A stretch of 64,000 nt of DNA from Longimicrobiales bacterium (GCA_041690395.1 JAWLHJ010000004.1:96001-160000), one strand, 5' to 3'; numbered from the stretch's first letter, positions 39,137 through 49,497 are shown. A program made the numbers and translations. Notes: generated from the sequence alone by a model not told the origin.

Positions 39137-39478
39137 TCAGGCGACCCGGCAGTGGACCTCGACCAACAGGCGCCGCCATGACGGGGCGTCCGTGCCGTGC
39201 ACGCGCACGGCGTGCGCCTCGGCGGATCCGCCTCCGGACATCCAGGGCCAGAGCCAACTCGCAATATCGGGTGGCAGATGTCCGATCGGCTCGCCGGTCG
39301 TCAGGTGCACCCAGACTTCGGGGTGCTCCTGGACCGGGGGATCGGGAACCAAGCGGACGACATCGCCTTCCTTGAGCGCCTCGAAATGTCGCTCACGGTC
39401 GCCGAAGACCGTACCGTGTACTGTGGAGCGGAACGTGGGTGGGTGCCCCTCCGGGAACGGAGGTGGATTCGTCTCCAA
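39137..39478 (-). CDS. Stand-alone HIRAN-like domain protein
   Basis: TTG start with GGAGG upstream; V.G..F..R....L..GD.V.L.PDP.....V.VH...G..IGHLP pattern. Confidence 0.75.
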   Translation of the reverse strand: METNPPPFPEGHPPTFRSTVHGTVFGDRERHFEALKEGDVVRLVPDPPVQEHPEVWVHLTTGEPIGHLPPDIASWLWPWMSGGGSAEAHAVRVHGTDAPSWRRLLVEVHCRVA

Positions 39479-39623
39479 GCGTGACGTGGCCTCCCATGGT
39501 GACGGAGCGGACGGTCATCCCATTAAGTTACCAGTCAGTGTCCCGAGTCAGAAGTTCGTTGAGCACCGAGAGCGTCGCGACGCCGCTGCGGCGAGGCGCC
39601 ACAGCAAATCAAGCCAGATGTCG

Positions 39624-40784
39624 ATGAACCCGGTCTATCTCGATCATGCCGCCACGACCCCGGTCCGGCCGGAGGTGCGTGAAGCCATGGCGCCTTTCGC
39701 GGACAGCGTCTTCGGCAACCCGTCCAGCCAGCACCGATGGGGTCGGGAGGCTTCGGCCGCGCTCGAGAATGCCCGTGCCGATGCGGCGGCCGCCCTGGGA
39801 GCGCGCAACGCCGAGGTCTACTTCGTCCGCGGCGGCACTGAAGCGGACAACCTCGCCGTCTGCGGAGCCTGCCGAGCGCTCGCCGCCGCCACCGACGGCG
39901 GGCGTCCCCGCCTCCTCGTGAGCGCGATCGAGCACCACGCCGTGCTCCACGTGGCCGAGAGCATGGCAGAGGCGGGCGAAGCGCAGCTGGAGATCTTCCC
40001 GGTCCGTGAGGACGGCTCGCTGGACCTCGATCCTATCCGGTCGGCGCTCGCAGATGGGCCCGCGCTGGTCTCGTGCATGTGGGTGAACAACGAGACCGGC
40101 ATCGTCCTGCCGGTGGAAGATCTCTCCCGCCTGGCCCTCGAAGCCGACGCGATCCTGCACACCGACGCGGTTCAGGCGGTCGGAAAGCTGCCCGTGGATC
40201 TCGGAGCCGTCGAAGGCATCCACCTGCTGACCGTCTCGGGCCACAAGATCTACGGGCCCAAGGGTACCGGACTGCTCTTCGTGCGCCGCGGCGTGGGACT
40301 CGCGCCGCTGCTCCACGGAGGCGGTCAGGAGCGGAAGCTCAGGCCCGGCACGGAGGACGTGGCCGGCGCGGTCGGCCTCGCGGCGGCGTTGCGGCTCGCG
40401 GTCGACGAGCGGGAGGCCGAGGCAGCGCGGCTGACGGCGTTGCGGGAACGTCTCGAGGCTCGGCTGACGGACGAGCTGGAGGGGGTGGTCGTCGCCGGCG
40501 CGAGTGCGCGACGGGCGCCGCACGTGGCCAATATGGGCTTCGAGGGCATCGACCCGACCATGCTCCTCATCAACCTCGATCTGGAGGGGATCGCGGCCTC
40601 CGGCGCGTCGGCGTGCCAGAGCGGAAGCGGTAAGGGGAGCCACGTCATCGAGGCCCTCTACGGCGCGGCCAACGGTCGCGCGCACGTGCGCTTCTCACTG
40701 GGTCACCTGAGCGACGAGGAGAACGTGTCGCGGGCGGCGGACAAGATCGTCGAGGTCGTACGGCGGCTGAGGGGCGCGGCGTGA
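39624..40784 (+). CDS. iscS: Cysteine desulfurase (IscS/NifS family)
   Basis: YLDHAATTP, GNPSS, NNETG, HTDAVQ, SGHKIYGPKG, SGASACQSG. Confidence 0.93.
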   Translation: MNPVYLDHAATTPVRPEVREAMAPFADSVFGNPSSQHRWGREASAALENARADAAAALGARNAEVYFVRGGTEADNLAVCGACRALAAATDGGRPRLLVSAIEHHAVLHVAESMAEAGEAQLEIFPVREDGSLDLDPIRSALADGPALVSCMWVNNETGIVLPVEDLSRLALEADAILHTDAVQAVGKLPVDLGAVEGIHLLTVSGHKIYGPKGTGLLFVRRGVGLAPLLHGGGQERKLRPGTEDVAGAVGLAAALRLAVDEREAEAARLTALRERLEARLTDELEGVVVAGASARRAPHVANMGFEGIDPTMLLINLDLEGIAASGASACQSGSGKGSHVIEALYGAANGRAHVRFSLGHLSDEENVSRAADKIVEVVRRLRGAA

Positions 40785-41869
40785 GCCGGGTGCTCGTCGC
40801 CATGTCCGGCGGCGTGGATTCGTCCGTCGCGGCAGCCCTGCTCGTGGAGGCCGGCCACGAAGTCGTGGGCGTCACCATGAAGACGTTCTGCTATTCGGAG
40901 ACCCCCGATTCCGGGAAGACCTGCTGCGGACTGGACGGCATCGTCGACGCGCGCCGGGTGGCGACCGCCCTCGACATCCCGCATTACGTGTTCGACGTGG
41001 AAGAGGACTTCACCCGCGACGTCATCGACGACTTCGTGCGTGAGTACGCGAGAGGGCGCACGCCGAACCCGTGCGTGCGCTGCAATAGCAACACGAAGTT
41101 CCGCGACCTGCTCAGGCGCGGCGAGGCTCTGGGGTGCGACCGGATCGCGACCGGCCACTACGTGCGCATCGAGCACCACGACGACGGCTCGTCGCTGCTC
41201 CGCGGCCTGGACGGCGGGAAGGACCAGTCGTACTTCCTGTGGGGGCTTCCCCGGGAGATGCTGCCGAAGCTCCTCTTCCCCCTCGGTGATCTCACCAAGC
41301 GGGAAGTGCGGGAGCGGGCCCGGGCGCTCGAGCTCGCCACCGCCGAGAAGCCCGAATCGCAGGAGATCTGCTTCGTGCCTACCGGTGACTACCGGGACCT
41401 CCTGGCGAAGAAGCTGCCGGAGCCGCACCCCGCGCTCCGCCCGGGGCCGATCGTGCGGACGGACGGAACCGTGGTCGGTGAGCACGACGGGTATGCCGGA
41501 TTCACGGTCGGCCAGCGGCGCGGATTGGGCGGCGGCTTCACCGAGCCGCTGTTCGTCCTCGAGGTGCGGCCGACGACACGTGAGGTGGTCGTCGGCACCC
41601 GAGACGAACTCCGCCGGGACCAGGTCGAGGTGGCCGAGCTGAACTGGCTGGCCGACGCGCCGGGGGAAGGAGACAGGGTGGCGGTCCAGATGCGCTACCG
41701 GGCCCCCGCGGTCCCGGCCACGGTCCGTGCACGCGGGGAGGCCCTCGTGCTCGAGCTCGACGAAGGCTACCCGGCCATCACGCCCGGTCAGTCCGCGGTC
41801 GTGTTCGACGGGGCGCGGGTGCTGGGTGGCGGCCGGATCGTCGAAGCGCGGGTAGCCGCGGCGGTCTGA
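40781..41869 (+). CDS. mnmA: tRNA 2-thiouridine(34) synthase
   Basis: AMSGGVDSSV, TPNPCVRCN, ATGHY, KDQSYFL, ESQEICF, TVGQRRG, TPGQ. Confidence 0.98.
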   Translation: MSRVLVAMSGGVDSSVAAALLVEAGHEVVGVTMKTFCYSETPDSGKTCCGLDGIVDARRVATALDIPHYVFDVEEDFTRDVIDDFVREYARGRTPNPCVRCNSNTKFRDLLRRGEALGCDRIATGHYVRIEHHDDGSSLLRGLDGGKDQSYFLWGLPREMLPKLLFPLGDLTKREVRERARALELATAEKPESQEICFVPTGDYRDLLAKKLPEPHPALRPGPIVRTDGTVVGEHDGYAGFTVGQRRGLGGGFTEPLFVLEVRPTTREVVVGTRDELRRDQVEVAELNWLADAPGEGDRVAVQMRYRAPAVPATVRARGEALVLELDEGYPAITPGQSAVVFDGARVLGGGRIVEARVAAAV

Positions 41870-41892
41870 AACCGTCGCGGGAATCCTCGAGC

Positions 41893-43029
41893 CTAGTGTT
41901 TGAGGCCTGAGGCCTCCGCGAACTCCTCCATGGCACGCTGCTCCTCGTCGGAGAGCTTGTCCGGCACCGTGACGCTCACCTCGACGAACTGATCGCCGAC
42001 GCGGTCCGCTTTCCGGACACCCTGGCCGCGAATCCGGAATTTCGTCCCGGACTGCGTGCCCGCCGGGATCTTGAGCACGACCTTCTTCCCGCTCACGGTC
42101 CGCACCCGGACCTTCGAGCCGAGCGTGGCCTGGACGATGTTGATCGGGACCGTGACGTGGACGTCCAGCCCCTCGCGCCGGAAGAACCGGTGCGGCTGGA
42201 CCTTGAAGGTGATGATCAGGTCGCCCGGGGTCCCGCCACTCCTGCCGCGCTCGCCCTGCCCCGACAGCCGGACCTTCGACCCCGTGTCGACGCCTTCGGG
42301 CACCGCGATCTGGATGGTCCGCCGCTGCCGGACGGAACCCCGTCCGCCGCAGGAAGGACAAGGCGTCTCGGGGATCTGGCCACGGCCGAAGCAGGCCGGG
42401 CACGGACGTTTGACGGCGAAGCCGCCCTGGCCGAAGGACACCGTGCCGCTACCACCGCACTCGCCGCAGCGGCGGCGGCCGGTTCCCGGCGCGGCGCCGT
42501 CTCCGCCGCACGTCGCGCAGTCCTCGGTGATCGCGACCTCGACGGCCACCTTCCCGCCACGCACGGCCGTGAGGAAAGGGATCTCGACGACGTACTCCAC
42601 GTCCTGCCCACGTTCCCGCCCCGCCCCTGTCCGCCCGGCGCTCGGACCGGGGCCACCCCGCTTCCCGCCCAGGTCGAAGAGGGAGCTGAACAGGTCGGAG
42701 ATGTTGCCGAACCCGCCCTGGAAGTCATCGAACGAGAAGCCGGGATCACCTGGAGCGCCGCGCGGTTGCGACGCGCCAGGGCCCCGACCACCGAGACCGA
42801 ACGCGCCCAGCTTCCGCATCTGGTCGTATTGCTTGCGCTTCTCGGGATCCTTCAGGACCGCGTAGGCCTCGCCGATCTCCTTGAAGCGCTCCGCGGCCTT
42901 GTCGTCCCCGGGATTCGCGTCGGGGTGGTGGCTCTTGGCGAGCTTGCGGTAGGCCTTCTTGATCTCGTCCTGGCTGGCCTTCTCGGCCACCCCGAGGATC
43001 TTGTAGAAGTCCTTGTTCTGCCCGGCCAT
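41893..43029 (-). CDS. dnaJ: Chaperone DnaJ
   Basis: J domain with HPD, G/F region, four CxxCxGxG repeats, C-terminal domain. Confidence 0.96.
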   Translation of the reverse strand: MAGQNKDFYKILGVAEKASQDEIKKAYRKLAKSHHPDANPGDDKAAERFKEIGEAYAVLKDPEKRKQYDQMRKLGAFGLGGRGPGASQPRGAPGDPGFSFDDFQGGFGNISDLFSSLFDLGGKRGGPGPSAGRTGAGRERGQDVEYVVEIPFLTAVRGGKVAVEVAITEDCATCGGDGAAPGTGRRRCGECGGSGTVSFGQGGFAVKRPCPACFGRGQIPETPCPSCGGRGSVRQRRTIQIAVPEGVDTGSKVRLSGQGERGRSGGTPGDLIITFKVQPHRFFRREGLDVHVTVPINIVQATLGSKVRVRTVSGKKVVLKIPAGTQSGTKFRIRGQGVRKADRVGDQFVEVSVTVPDKLSDEEQRAMEEFAEASGLKH

Positions 43030-43036
43030 GGTCGTC

Positions 43037-43654
43037 TCAGCCGTGCTTGTAGACGCTGACGCGGGCGGGGCGCACGAGCACCCCCTTCAGCTCGTAGCCC
43101 TTCTGGAAGACCTGGGCTACGTGGTCGTCGAGGTCCTCGTCCTCCGTGGCCACGCGCATCAGCGCCTCCATCCGCTCCGGATCGAAGGGCTGTTCCGCGG
43201 GATCGATGACCTCCACTCCGGTCTCGCCCAGGGCGCGGACGAACTTCCGCTCCACCAGATCGATACCCTCCATAATCGCATCGACCGTAGCGCTCGACGT
43301 GTCCAGCGCGGCGACCCGCTCGAGGTCGTCCAGAACGTCGAGGAGACGGCCGAGAAGATCGGCTTGAGCTCTCGACCACGACTCCCGGCGCTCCTGCTCG
43401 CTCCGGCGTCGGAAGTTGGTGAACTCCGCCGCGAGCCGCAGATGACGATCGTTCAGCTCGTCGAACTCGGAGCGCAGCTCGGCGAGGGCACCGTCCTGGG
43501 GAAGCCCTCCGTCGTCACGCTCTTCGTCGCGGTCGCCCTCCGACCTGGACAGCGGGGCGCCACCGTCTCCGGCTCCCCGTCCGGACGAGCCTTCCGGGTC
43601 GTCTACCCCGGTCGCGATCTGGTCGTCGTTTTCTTTTGAGCGTTCCTTCATCAC
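43037..43654 (-). CDS. grpE: Nucleotide exchange factor GrpE
   Basis: [26 protein letters not shown]...VRPARVSV. Confidence 0.96.
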   Translation of the reverse strand: MMKERSKENDDQIATGVDDPEGSSGRGAGDGGAPLSRSEGDRDEERDDGGLPQDGALAELRSEFDELNDRHLRLAAEFTNFRRRSEQERRESWSRAQADLLGRLLDVLDDLERVAALDTSSATVDAIMEGIDLVERKFVRALGETGVEVIDPAEQPFDPERMEALMRVATEDEDLDDHVAQVFQKGYELKGVLVRPARVSVYKHG

Positions 43655-43758
43655 GTCGCCTTTCGATGTCGAACGGAGAATCGATCACCCCGCGGTCGGG
43701 GCTCCGATCGAGAAAGATACCACGGTCGCGCATGAGGGTTCAGGGGTCGGGTGGCCGC

Positions 43759-45039
43759 TCACCGCTCCAGCGCCTGAACGACGCGCCGGTAGAGGAGCCG
43801 AAGGGCGTCCTGAGCCGCACGCGCCTGTATGCCCTCGCGATCGCCGGGGAAGACACGCCGCCACGCCTCCACCTCGCCTCCGTACGAGACCGCGGTCCAC
43901 ACGGTTCCAACCGGCTTCTCCTCGCTGCCGCCGCCTGGCCCGGCCACTCCCGTGACACCGATCCCGAAGTCGGCGCCGAGCGCCCGAGCCGAGCCGGCCG
44001 CCATGGCCCTGGCCACCGGCTCGGACACGGCCCCGTGCCCATCGAGGTCGCCCTGAGAGACACCGAGGAGGTCGCGCTTCACGTGGTTCGCGTACGCCAC
44101 GACCCCGCCGAGGAAGACGTCCGACACTCCGGGCACCCGCGTGAGTCGGTGGGCCAGGAGACCGCCCGTGCAACTCTCGCCGATCGCGACGGTCGCGCCG
44201 AGCCGACGCAGCCCATCGGCCACCGCCTCGGCGAGATCGCCGGAATCACTGCGGTAGCGCCAGGGCTCGATGACGGGCGCCACGAGCGCCTCGAGTCGAT
44301 CGAGCTCGTGGTCGACCGCCGCGTCCGCCAGCCCCGATACGGTCAGCCGGAGGTCGACCCCCAGCGCATCGGGAAGGAAGGCCACACGGGAGCGCTCGCC
44401 GTCCGGCGGGAGGACCTCGTCGAGAAGCTCGCCCAGACGCGACTCGGAGATACCCGTCGTATGGAGCACACGATGGCGTACCGGCTCGAGCCGTGCCCCG
44501 AGGCGGTCGTGGATCAGGCCGCGCACATGGTCCTCGAAGAGCCCGCGCAGCTCGAGGGGAACGCCCGGTAGAAGGACGAAGACCGTGTCGTCCGCCTCCA
44601 GCGCGAGCCCGGGCGCGGACCCGTGTCGGTTCGCCAGCACGCGCGCGCCTCGCGGCACCTGGGCCTGGCTGCGGTTCGGGGCGGGCATGCGCTCGTAGCC
44701 GAACGAGCGGAAGCGCGCCTCCAGCCCCGCGACCAGCTCCTCGTCCTCCTCGAGCGGAAGCCCGAGCTGGCCAGCCACCGCCTCACGGGTCACATCGTCA
44801 CGGGTCGGACCGAGGCCTCCCCCGATCAGCACAATATCCGCCTCTCGTGAAGCGGCCTCGACGGCGCGTCGGATGTCGCGATCGACGTCGCCGACCGTGT
44901 AGTGGACGCGGGCCGGGATCCCCATCGCCGCCAGCTCACGTCCGAGCCAGGCGGCGTTCGTGTCGACGGTCTCGCCGCTCAGGAGTTCCTCGCCGACCGT
45001 GACGATCGCGGCGCGCGGCGCGCCCGGCTCCGAAGTCAC
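43759..45039 (-). CDS. cinA: Competence/damage-inducible protein CinA (MoCF-binding + NMN deamidase)
   Basis: VGEELLSG..VDTN, GGLGPTRDD, PGVP.E, ESCTGG, TGVAGPGG; GTG start at 45039. Confidence 0.93.
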   Translation of the reverse strand: MTSEPGAPRAAIVTVGEELLSGETVDTNAAWLGRELAAMGIPARVHYTVGDVDRDIRRAVEAASREADIVLIGGGLGPTRDDVTREAVAGQLGLPLEEDEELVAGLEARFRSFGYERMPAPNRSQAQVPRGARVLANRHGSAPGLALEADDTVFVLLPGVPLELRGLFEDHVRGLIHDRLGARLEPVRHRVLHTTGISESRLGELLDEVLPPDGERSRVAFLPDALGVDLRLTVSGLADAAVDHELDRLEALVAPVIEPWRYRSDSGDLAEAVADGLRRLGATVAIGESCTGGLLAHRLTRVPGVSDVFLGGVVAYANHVKRDLLGVSQGDLDGHGAVSEPVARAMAAGSARALGADFGIGVTGVAGPGGGSEEKPVGTVWTAVSYGGEVEAWRRVFPGDREGIQARAAQDALRLLYRRVVQALER

Positions 45040-45050
45040 GGCGCGGGAAC

Positions 45051-45695
45051 TCAGTCCCGGATCCCCACCAGCGTCCGGTACGACCACAGGTAGTCGATGA
45101 GCGAGTACACCGTCAGCACGACCGCCACCACGAGCGACAGCGCGACGACCGCACCGTGGATGGGAAACCAGACCGCCCAGAACCCCTCGTCCGCCCCTGC
45201 GGCACCGACCCAGGTCCGCAACGGGAACCAGAGGAGCGCCGCTCCGGCGAAGATGGCCTGGAACAGGGCCTTCCGCTTGCCCGCGAGGCCCGCGGCGATG
45301 ACGACGCCCCGCCGCGCCGCGAAGCTCCGGAAGACCGTGATGAAGATCTCACGACCGAAGATGACGACCATGACCCAGAGCGGCAGCTCGCCCCACCACG
45401 GAAGCGAGTCGAATGCGCCGTCCCGCTGCGCGACCATGTAGATCGGAACGTAGCTGGCGACGAGAAGGAGCTTGTCCGCGAACGGATCGAGCAGCTTCCC
45501 CACGTCCGTGACCAGACCGTCCCGCCGCGCGAGGTACCCGTCCCAGATGTCCGAGAGCGCCGCGACCACGAAGAGGGCGAACGCCCAGAAGCGGAGTCCG
45601 GTGTCCGGCGACACCGCAAGGAAGAAGATCACCGGGCAGGCCGCGATGCGGCTGACCGTGATGATGTTCGGGAGGGTGAGTGCGCTCCCCGACAC
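45051..45695 (-). CDS. pgsA: CDP-alcohol phosphatidyltransferase (PgsA-like)
   Basis: LPNIITVSR, D..DGYLARR...T..GKLLDPFADK. Confidence 0.88.
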   Translation of the reverse strand: MSGSALTLPNIITVSRIAACPVIFFLAVSPDTGLRFWAFALFVVAALSDIWDGYLARRDGLVTDVGKLLDPFADKLLLVASYVPIYMVAQRDGAFDSLPWWGELPLWVMVVIFGREIFITVFRSFAARRGVVIAAGLAGKRKALFQAIFAGAALLWFPLRTWVGAAGADEGFWAVWFPIHGAVVALSLVVAVVLTVYSLIDYLWSYRTLVGIRD

Positions 45696-45703
45696 GGAGG
45701 ACC

Positions 45704-46282
45704 TCAGGAGAGGGTTTTGACGACGAGCTTGCTCACGGACGAGAGGGTCTCGAAGACCCCCTTCCCCTCGATGGCCGTCGCCTCGAAGTCCGGTACGCCC
45801 ATCGGATTGATCTGGGCCCTGAGCTCGTCGACCGGGAGAATGTCGGGAAGATCCCGCTTGTTGTACTGGATCGCGAACGGGATCGTCTGGAGATCGTACC
45901 CGTAGGTCTCGAGATTCTCGTACAGGTTGTGCATCGACTCGATGTTCGCCTCGGCGCGGCTCGCCTGGGAGTCCGCTACGAAGACGATGCCGTCCACGCC
46001 CTTCAGGATGAGGCGCCGGCTGGCGTTGTAGTAGACCTGCCCCGGCACCGTGTACAGGTGGAAGCGCGTCTTGAAGCCGCGCACCTCGCCCAGGTCGATC
46101 GGGAGGAAATCGAAGAAGAGCGTGCGCTCGGTCTCGGTGGCCAGGGAGATCATCTTCCCCTTGGTCTCCGGATTCACCTTGGAGTAGATGTACTCCAGGT
46201 TCGTCGTCTTCCCGCCGAGCCCGGTCCCGTAATAGACGATCTTGCAGTTGATCTCACGGGAGGCGTAGTTGATCATCGACAT
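45704..46282 (-). CDS. mglA: MglA-family small GTPase
   Basis: [48 protein letters not shown]; closely resembles Myxococcus MglA. Confidence 0.95.
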   Translation of the reverse strand: MSMINYASREINCKIVYYGTGLGGKTTNLEYIYSKVNPETKGKMISLATETERTLFFDFLPIDLGEVRGFKTRFHLYTVPGQVYYNASRRLILKGVDGIVFVADSQASRAEANIESMHNLYENLETYGYDLQTIPFAIQYNKRDLPDILPVDELRAQINPMGVPDFEATAIEGKGVFETLSSVSKLVVKTLS

Positions 46283-46457
46283 GGGTCGACACGGCCTCCC
46301 TGGGCATATGCGTTGAAGATCACCGAAGCTCCTCGTAGGACGTCACGCGGCGCCGGCATCCGGTCCGTGCGACGCGGCGGGATGGGTGCGGCGAGCGCAT
46401 AAACTCGGCCCGGGGGGGCCGGGTGGCAAGGGAGAACGCCCTCTCGACGGCGAGTCC

Positions 46458-46775
46458 CTAATCGGTCAACGCCTCGGGACGGGGGCGGGCCGTCACCCCG
46501 ACCTCGTCCTCCATGCGGGCCGCGATGGAGCGGGCACGCTCGCGCAGGAGCTTCCGGGGCTCCCAGGCGATGAAGTCGCGCAGCAGGCGGATGTGGGACA
46601 CCGACGCGGGCTCCCGGCTCATGTGCCCGAGCGCCGCGAGTCGCTTGAACGCGTGCGGACTGAACATGTTTCGCTGGTGGCGCGTGATCTGATCCCGGAT
46701 CACGAGCGCGGCCAGCGCACCGGCCGCAGCGGCCGCCAGCAGGGCGATTCCAGTCGTCTTCAGCGTACGATTCAT
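46458..46775 (-). CDS. Small membrane-anchored hypothetical protein
   Basis: N-terminal hydrophobic helix; ATGA overlap with the recR stop. Confidence 0.75.
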   Translation of the reverse strand: MNRTLKTTGIALLAAAAAGALAALVIRDQITRHQRNMFSPHAFKRLAALGHMSREPASVSHIRLLRDFIAWEPRKLLRERARSIAARMEDEVGVTARPRPEALTD

Positions 46776-47365
46776 ATCATCTCCCGACGCCCGGCGAGTG
46801 CCTGGGCGATCGTCGTTCCGTCCACGTACTCGAGATCGCTGCCGACGGGGATACCCCGCGCCAGACGCGTGACCCTGGGACCGAGCGGCCGGATCTCCTG
46901 CTCCAGATAGACGGCCGTGGCCTCGCCTTCGACGCTGGCGTTGGTCGCGACGATGACCTCCTCGATCGTCCCCTGCCTCCCGATGCGCCCCAGCAGCCCC
47001 GCGACGTCCAGCTCTTCCGGCCCCACGCCGTCCAGAGGCGAAAGGTGACCACCCAGCACGTGGAAGAGTCCCCGGAACTGACCCGTCCGCTCGATGGCAC
47101 CGACCTGGTAGGCCTCTTCAACGATACACAACACCGTGCGATCCCGCCTGGGATTCTGGCAGATCTCGCAGAGCTCGTGCTCGCTGAAATTCCCGCACTC
47201 GTCGCAACGACGGATCTTCTCGGCGAGGTCCACCAACGAAGCCGCCAGTCTGCGCGGCTGCTCCTTCGGAGCCTTCATGAGGTGGTGGACCAGGCGCAGC
47301 GCCGTCTTCTTGCCGATCCCGGGTAGGCGCGCGAAGTCGTCGGTGAGCCGATCGATCACCGACAT
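46772..47365 (-). CDS. recR: Recombination mediator RecR
   Basis: LPGIGKKTA.R, CxxC...CxxC zinc finger, Toprim EGEATA, RLARGIPVG. Confidence 0.98.
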   Translation of the reverse strand: MSVIDRLTDDFARLPGIGKKTALRLVHHLMKAPKEQPRRLAASLVDLAEKIRRCDECGNFSEHELCEICQNPRRDRTVLCIVEEAYQVGAIERTGQFRGLFHVLGGHLSPLDGVGPEELDVAGLLGRIGRQGTIEEVIVATNASVEGEATAVYLEQEIRPLGPRVTRLARGIPVGSDLEYVDGTTIAQALAGRREMI

Positions 47366-47390
47366 GGCATCGCCCTCGATGTGCGTGCGC

Positions 47391-47720
47391 TCAGAAGAGC
47401 CCCGGCAGCCCCGGAAGGTTCATCGGCAAGCCGCCGGTCGCCTTCTTCATCTCTTCCTCGTACTCGGAGGCCGCTTTCGTCTGCGCCTCCGACACGGCGG
47501 CGAGGACCAGGTCCTCGAGCATCTCGACGTCCGACGGATCGACGCACGTCGGGTCGATCTGGATCTGCTTGATGCGGCCCTTCCCGTCCACCGTCGCGGT
47601 CACCATGCCGCCGCCGGAGGCGGCGGAGATCTTCTTGGTCTCCAGCGATTCCTGGAGCTTGGTCATCTTCGACTGCAGCTGCTGACCGAGCTGCATGAGC
47701 TGTTGCATGTTGTTGTTCAT
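47391..47720 (-). CDS. ybaB: YbaB/EbfC nucleoid-associated protein
   Basis: SGGGMVT, DVEMLEDLVLAA; between dnaX and recR. Confidence 0.96.
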   Translation of the reverse strand: MNNNMQQLMQLGQQLQSKMTKLQESLETKKISAASGGGMVTATVDGKGRIKQIQIDPTCVDPSDVEMLEDLVLAAVSEAQTKAASEYEEEMKKATGGLPMNLPGLPGLF

Positions 47721-47728
47721 TTAAGCAC

Positions 47729-49459
47729 CTAGTCCATGAGCTCGAGATCGAGTTCTTCTACCGCCCGCTTGAGGCGGGGTTCCTGTCGGAAGAGTGCGCG
47801 CATCGTGTCCTCCCGGACCTCCGACTGGGTGACCCGCGACGCCGCCGGCGGGGCTTCCGCGGCCGCTCCGATGCTCAGGGTCACCGGCCGGCCCAGGAAC
47901 GGCTCGAGCCCCTTCCGGATGGCATTCTGGATGCCGACATCGGCCAGTCGCTCCGCGGCGGGACCGGGGAGCGGCGACACGGAGACGGTCCCGTCGCCCA
48001 GATCCTCCACGGTCGCGGAACGGAGGAAGGCCGTGAGGCCTTTGGGCACGCCGCGTCCGGCTTCGAGCCAGCGGTCCCATGCCTCGGCGGCCGAGGCAGC
48101 GGGGCGTGGGGTCGCTTCGGGCCGCGGCGCGGCCGTCGCGGCGGGCGAGCCTCGATCGCGCGGGGTCGGCTCGGGGTCACCGGCCCGTACGTCGTCGACG
48201 ATCGTCCGGGGAGTAGCAGCCTCTGCGGTCTCGGCACGGACACCGCTCTCCCGGGGCCGTGAACCCTCGCCAGGCGCGCCCGGTCTTCCGGCGCCGCCCC
48301 CCGACGACGGGTCGCCGCCCAGCATGCCGAGCAGCTCCTCGAGGTGGACGGTCCGGTCCATGTAGCTGAGGCGGAGGAGGAGCATCTCGATCAGGATGCG
48401 CGGATTCACGCTCCTCCTGAGGCTCCCCTGGGACTCGAGCTCGGCCGCGGCGGCGAGCATGCGGACCAGGTCGCCCGGATCGAAGCGCTCTGCCTTGGCG
48501 GCGAGGTCGGCCTGCGTCCCTTCCGGGAGGTCCAGAGCCTCGTCCGGCGTCAGGCGGACACGCAGGAGCGCCCGCAGCATGTCGAGGAGTCCGTGGTAGA
48601 ACTCGACCAGGTCGTATCCCTCGTCCACGAGGCGACCGACGAACGCGAACACCTCGGCGTGCCGTCCGTCCGCCAGGATGTCCAGAAGCTCGAGGTAGCG
48701 TTCCTCTTCGACGAGGCCGAGCACGCGGCGCACCGATTCGGTATCGACCTCGCCCCCCGTGAGCGCCAGCACCTGGTCGAGCAGGGAGAGCGCGTCGCGC
48801 ATGCCGCCGTCGGCTTTCCTGGCCACGATGCGGAGCGCCTCCTCGGGCGCGCTCGCCCCTTCGGCCGCCAGCACGTCGGCGAGGCGCTGCACGATGTCCG
48901 ACACGCCGAAGCGCTTGAAGTCGAAGCGCTGGCACCGCGACAGGATCGGCGCCGCCATCTGCTGGATCTTCTGGGGCTCGGTCGTCGCGAAGACGAAGAT
49001 CACCCGCGAGGGCGGCTCCTCGAGGATCTTGAGGAGCGCATTCCACGCCTCGCGCGTGAGCATGTGCGCCTCGTCGACGATATAGACCTTGAAGCGGCCT
49101 TCCTCCGACGGAGCGTACATCGCCCGCTCGCGGAGGTCGCGGGCGTCGTCGACTCCGCGGTTGGAAGCGGCGTCGATCTCGACGACGTCGAGCGCGGTGT
49201 TGCCGCCCCAGATGCGGCGGCAGCTGTCGCACTCTCCGCACGGCTCGCCCGACTCGTCGCGGTTCGGACAGTTCAGGGCCATCGCGAGCATGCGGGCCAG
49301 CGTCGTCTTGCCGACGCCCCGGGGGCCACAGAAGAGGTAGGCGTGGCCGACCCGGTTGCCGACGACCGCCTTCCGGAGGGTCTCCGATACGTGGGCCTGG
49401 GCGGCCACGTCGGCGAACGACCTCGGCCGGTACCTTCTGGCTAACGCTGTATGCGTCAA
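47729..49459 (-). CDS. dnaX: DNA polymerase III subunit gamma/tau
   Basis: ALARRYRP, GPRGVGKTT, EIDAASNRGVDD, IVDEAHML, ILSRCQRF; TTG start. Confidence 0.97.
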   Translation of the reverse strand: MTHTALARRYRPRSFADVAAQAHVSETLRKAVVGNRVGHAYLFCGPRGVGKTTLARMLAMALNCPNRDESGEPCGECDSCRRIWGGNTALDVVEIDAASNRGVDDARDLRERAMYAPSEEGRFKVYIVDEAHMLTREAWNALLKILEEPPSRVIFVFATTEPQKIQQMAAPILSRCQRFDFKRFGVSDIVQRLADVLAAEGASAPEEALRIVARKADGGMRDALSLLDQVLALTGGEVDTESVRRVLGLVEEERYLELLDILADGRHAEVFAFVGRLVDEGYDLVEFYHGLLDMLRALLRVRLTPDEALDLPEGTQADLAAKAERFDPGDLVRMLAAAAELESQGSLRRSVNPRILIEMLLLRLSYMDRTVHLEELLGMLGGDPSSGGGAGRPGAPGEGSRPRESGVRAETAEAATPRTIVDDVRAGDPEPTPRDRGSPAATAAPRPEATPRPAASAAEAWDRWLEAGRGVPKGLTAFLRSATVEDLGDGTVSVSPLPGPAAERLADVGIQNAIRKGLEPFLGRPVTLSIGAAAEAPPAASRVTQSEVREDTMRALFRQEPRLKRAVEELDLELMD

Positions 49460-49497
49460 GTCGTTACGGCCTTCCGCTCTGCAACGGGGAAAGAAAA

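Noticed and set aside
46283..46457. mglB remnant upstream of mglA
   Set aside because: I could not read any roadblock-like peptide in this spacer; too short and featureless to call a pseudogene.
48100..48350. Possible programmed frameshift in dnaX producing gamma
   Set aside because: No A-AAA-AAG or poly-A slippery site seen in the linker after domain III.
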